Shown piece after piece: positions 61,201 to 64,000 of a DNA stretch of 64,000 nt. A program made the translations under genes and the position numbers. The notes beneath the pieces were generated by a model. It did no database searches. It had not been told where the DNA came from and was given only the letters and a program-made list of their open reading frames with translations. The stretch's first letter is position 1. Each line of letters opens with the position of its first letter. This DNA is from Lingula anatina (lineage: Eukaryota > Animalia > Brachiopoda): contig CM120645.1 in NCBI GenBank assembly GCA_051362555.1, positions 20,584,001-20,648,000 of the forward strand, written 5' to 3'.

Positions 61201-63789
61201 AGTTTATGCTAATTTTTTAAGAGCGTGAGAGATTTTAAATTTGTCTACTGGTACATGTAGGTATATAACGCAAGCAACGTCACTATTCTCTTGATGCCAA
61301 GAAGGTCACATGATCACTCTGTCTTTGGTTTCCAGCATTTTAAGATACCTCGACTGATTTAACCAAGATGTAGTCGTGAAATTCTAGACTACATCGAGGT
61401 TAAATCCGAGTTTTCCGAGAGACGCTACGCAGAAATGTCGAGTGAAGCGAGACATTTTTGGGTAGCGGCTCGAGGTTGCCCTCGATCTTCACTGAAGCTT
61501 GCCTAAATGGACAGGCTTCAGTGATCATCATATCGCCACGGTCATATAACATCCCTAGGTATGTATTTACAAATGATCACCTCACGGATATAAATTGTTA
61601 TAAACGATGCTTTTTTATTCCAGATACCGTATCTAGCATGATTAATAGTTCATAAAATACAAATCATGGTGAAAATATCCATATTTAATACCATTTATTC
61701 AAATTTAAACCATGCACCCCCTCAAATCCAGTGTTTCACTGTGATTTCAACAGAGGAAAAGAAATGTCCGTAATATTGAAAAGACACCACAAAATTTCAC
61801 AAAACTTATATACAATTAGCATTAGTACGTGCTCGTTAAAGGTCACGTTTCTAATAGCATGTATGTCGACCGTGCACTGCAATTATCTACAGTAGACGCG
61901 ACAAGCCTTAAAAAAGGGTACGGTAACAGTTCTGTTTTGTGGGATATTGGCCCATTCTTCCTAAAAAGCCTAGCGGATTTGGTCCAGATTATTTGGGGAT
62001 TGGTACTTCTCTGCATTTCACTCACCAATTCATGCCACAGGTAGGCTACTCAGTAGGGAGTCTATTCAAGCTCAAAGATGACTGTTCCATCCTCAGAACA
62101 TTCTGTTTCTGCAACAAATCACTCCCCAGACGAAAGCTGTGAGCAAGTGCGTTGACACGATGAAGCCAGTAGCATCCTGAAGTCCCCTCTTGGAAATTGA
62201 GTGTGATATCTGTTGAGAACGTTACAGTAGCATGCCCCAGTGACGTTCTGTTCCAGAGGGGACAATGTACTAATACCATGGGCTTGGAATGCTCTCCAAA
62301 TGCGGACTGATCTGACACGTCAGGCTATATTTTCCTGCACCAACCCTTCCAAGAAGTATTTTGCAGTATGTCTACAGACCTTCATTTGGCCATCGATGGG
62401 GTACAAGAAATACTTTGATTATTCAGCAAAACCAGATTCCTTCCAGTGATGGTTGACCAGGTTCGTGTACCACTGGGGTTACAGAATGTAATATTCTCAG
62501 CTGATATCTCGCTAATTTGCAAGAGCTGCCTTCGGGGTTAATTCCAGGTTTCATCATGACAGCACACTTGCTCACAATTCTCGTCTAGAAGGTCTCCCTG
62601 CCTCCACACCCGCCATTAAACGGATTAAATCTCGGCTCCTGGGTTTAATTGCTAGGCACCTGCAGCGACGTCGCGTGTTGAGGCGGGGAGACCATCGGGA
62701 ATCAGCAGCATCTCTTTTAAAGCGTGGTCGGCCATATTTAATCGGCGGATCAGTTAGTACTCGGATCATCTATTCTCACTGGGGCCTTAAATGGCGACTG
62801 ATAAGGACCGTATAGAGACCCTTGAACTCTAAAGTGAGATCCGTTTGTTACAGCGTAAAATTGATCACTCAATGAATAGACTTAAAAACGCAATTTTGTG
62901 AGGTACTCGTGAAAGTTACACTAACTTTATATACATGGAACAAAAACTGTTTTTTTTTTTAATTTCCCAAAAGTGCCCAAATCCACAAGACAATTTAGAC
63001 CTTTCAGAGAGAAAGTTGGTATAGCTCATTTTGAACGAATTCTCTGCTGTATTGGAAAGCCTATAGGTGTGCTGGAAAAGACTTCAAGTCTTCGTTTAAA
63101 AAAGCCGTAGGTTTGATGTTTCTAGGATCTGTATGCCTTTTCATAGATACTGTTGTGTAATAGGTAATTACTTTTGATTCTGGGTTACCTTTAAACAACA
63201 ATATATTATACGAAAAAAAACTAAAAATATTTTACCAATATTTGTTAAACTCGTCTTTCGTATCTTTTCTTGGGAGGGGAACATACATTACATCATGAAG
63301 GACGCAAGACATAGTATTGTAACCAATACGTTCAAAATTTGAAAGTGTCAATAAATTTTAAATTCGCGATGAATATGACCAGTGGTAGATATCTTTTTAG
63401 AAACAAAGATTTCAACTTTCTATACAATCAATGTTTTGTTTCATTTACCTGTAGTAAAGTAAGTTTTGGATGTGTAAAAAAAAAATCATTAAAGCATCTC
63501 TCACACACACCTTTCTCTCCAGATGACGATGAGATTTGACGGATACATCGGATTTCCGGGTGGAATCATGGATGACGGTAAGACGGTGGAGTTTGGGTTA
63601 AACCGTGAACTTGAAGAAGAGATAGGGCTAGATCTCACCAGGCACAGCTTTACTAAAGAGGACCATGTTTTATCACACGTCATCCACAAAAAGAAACTGC
63701 TGCTGCATTTTTATTGCAAGAGAGTAACGCTAGAGGAGTGTTTGGAGATCGAGAAAAGAACCATCGACGCAGATGAGTATGGATTTGAG
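58252..63789 (+). CDS. NUDT16: NUDT16 tandem paralog (exons 1-2; exon 3 expected beyond the window)
   Basis: Exons 58252-58482 and 63523-63789 have the same lengths and phases as copy 1, with open frames and intact splice sites. The Nudix box reads GIMDDGKTVEFGLNRELEEEIGL. Intron 1 is 5.0 kb versus 0.46 kb in copy 1. Confidence 0.85.
59241..59546 (-). mobile_element. Candidate solo LTR
   Basis: Minus strand starts TGTAAGC and ends GCGTACA (short imperfect inverted ends), with a purine-rich R-like tract and an internal AATAAA. The TSD is imperfect. Confidence 0.35.
61850..62740 (-). pseudogene. Decayed Tc1/mariner transposase
   Basis: Manual minus-strand translation across stops and frameshifts gives HWKESGFAE*SKYFLYPIDGQMKVCRH...SVRIWRAFQAHG...LEQNVTGACYCNVL...HRVNALAHSFRLGSDLLQKQNVLRMEQSSLSLNRLPTE...LWHEL...NNLDQIR*AF*EEWANIPQ. 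This parallels the Tc1 DD34E consensus W..V.FSDESKF...DGR..VWR...SVMVWG.F...QDNA..H...WP..SPDLNPIE.LW.EL...L..AL.EEW..IP. Confidence 0.75.
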
Positions 63790-63811
63790 GTATGGTTGCC
63801 AAACTGCTATC

Positions 63812-63869
<58 letters not shown>

Positions 63870-64000
63870 TGAGTGTGTGTGAAGGTGAATGTGCCTGTGT
63901 TTGAAATATGTTTGTGGGTGGATTTTTATCAGTATGTATTTATTTACGGATATGATGAATATCATAAGATGTAGACACCTGTGGATGTCCGGTTGTGTGG

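Overview
AT-rich, intron-rich animal genomic DNA, probably a lophotrochozoan such as a mollusc (inference from gene set and repeat types). From left to right: (1) the last 21 coding exons and 3' UTR of EEA1 (+; coiled coil plus FYVE finger); (2) two tandem, apparently intact short-chain collagen C4-like (spongin-related) genes (-); (3) a complete 8-exon SUMF1/FGE gene (-) ending in KDEL, head-to-head with (4) a NUDT16-like U8 snoRNA decapping gene (+); (5) a second NUDT16 paralog running off the window, with an E->K change in its Nudix box. The most unusual structure is a ~14.3 kb block in the last intron of collagen copy 1 (the same intron is 0.7 kb in copy 2). It consists of nested Helentron-associated (HINE/DINE-1-like) elements carrying 161-bp satellite arrays and encloses one orphan, intact, splice-competent PIGT exon, which suggests rolling-circle exon capture. 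Both neighbouring tandem duplications break inside SUMF1's terminal exons and leave 5' and 3' SUMF1 remnants. There are also many MITEs, an RTE-X LINE 3' end with a 12-bp TSD, and a decayed Tc1 transposase. Coordinates were read by eye and may be off by a few bases; family assignments come from recognised motifs, not database searches.
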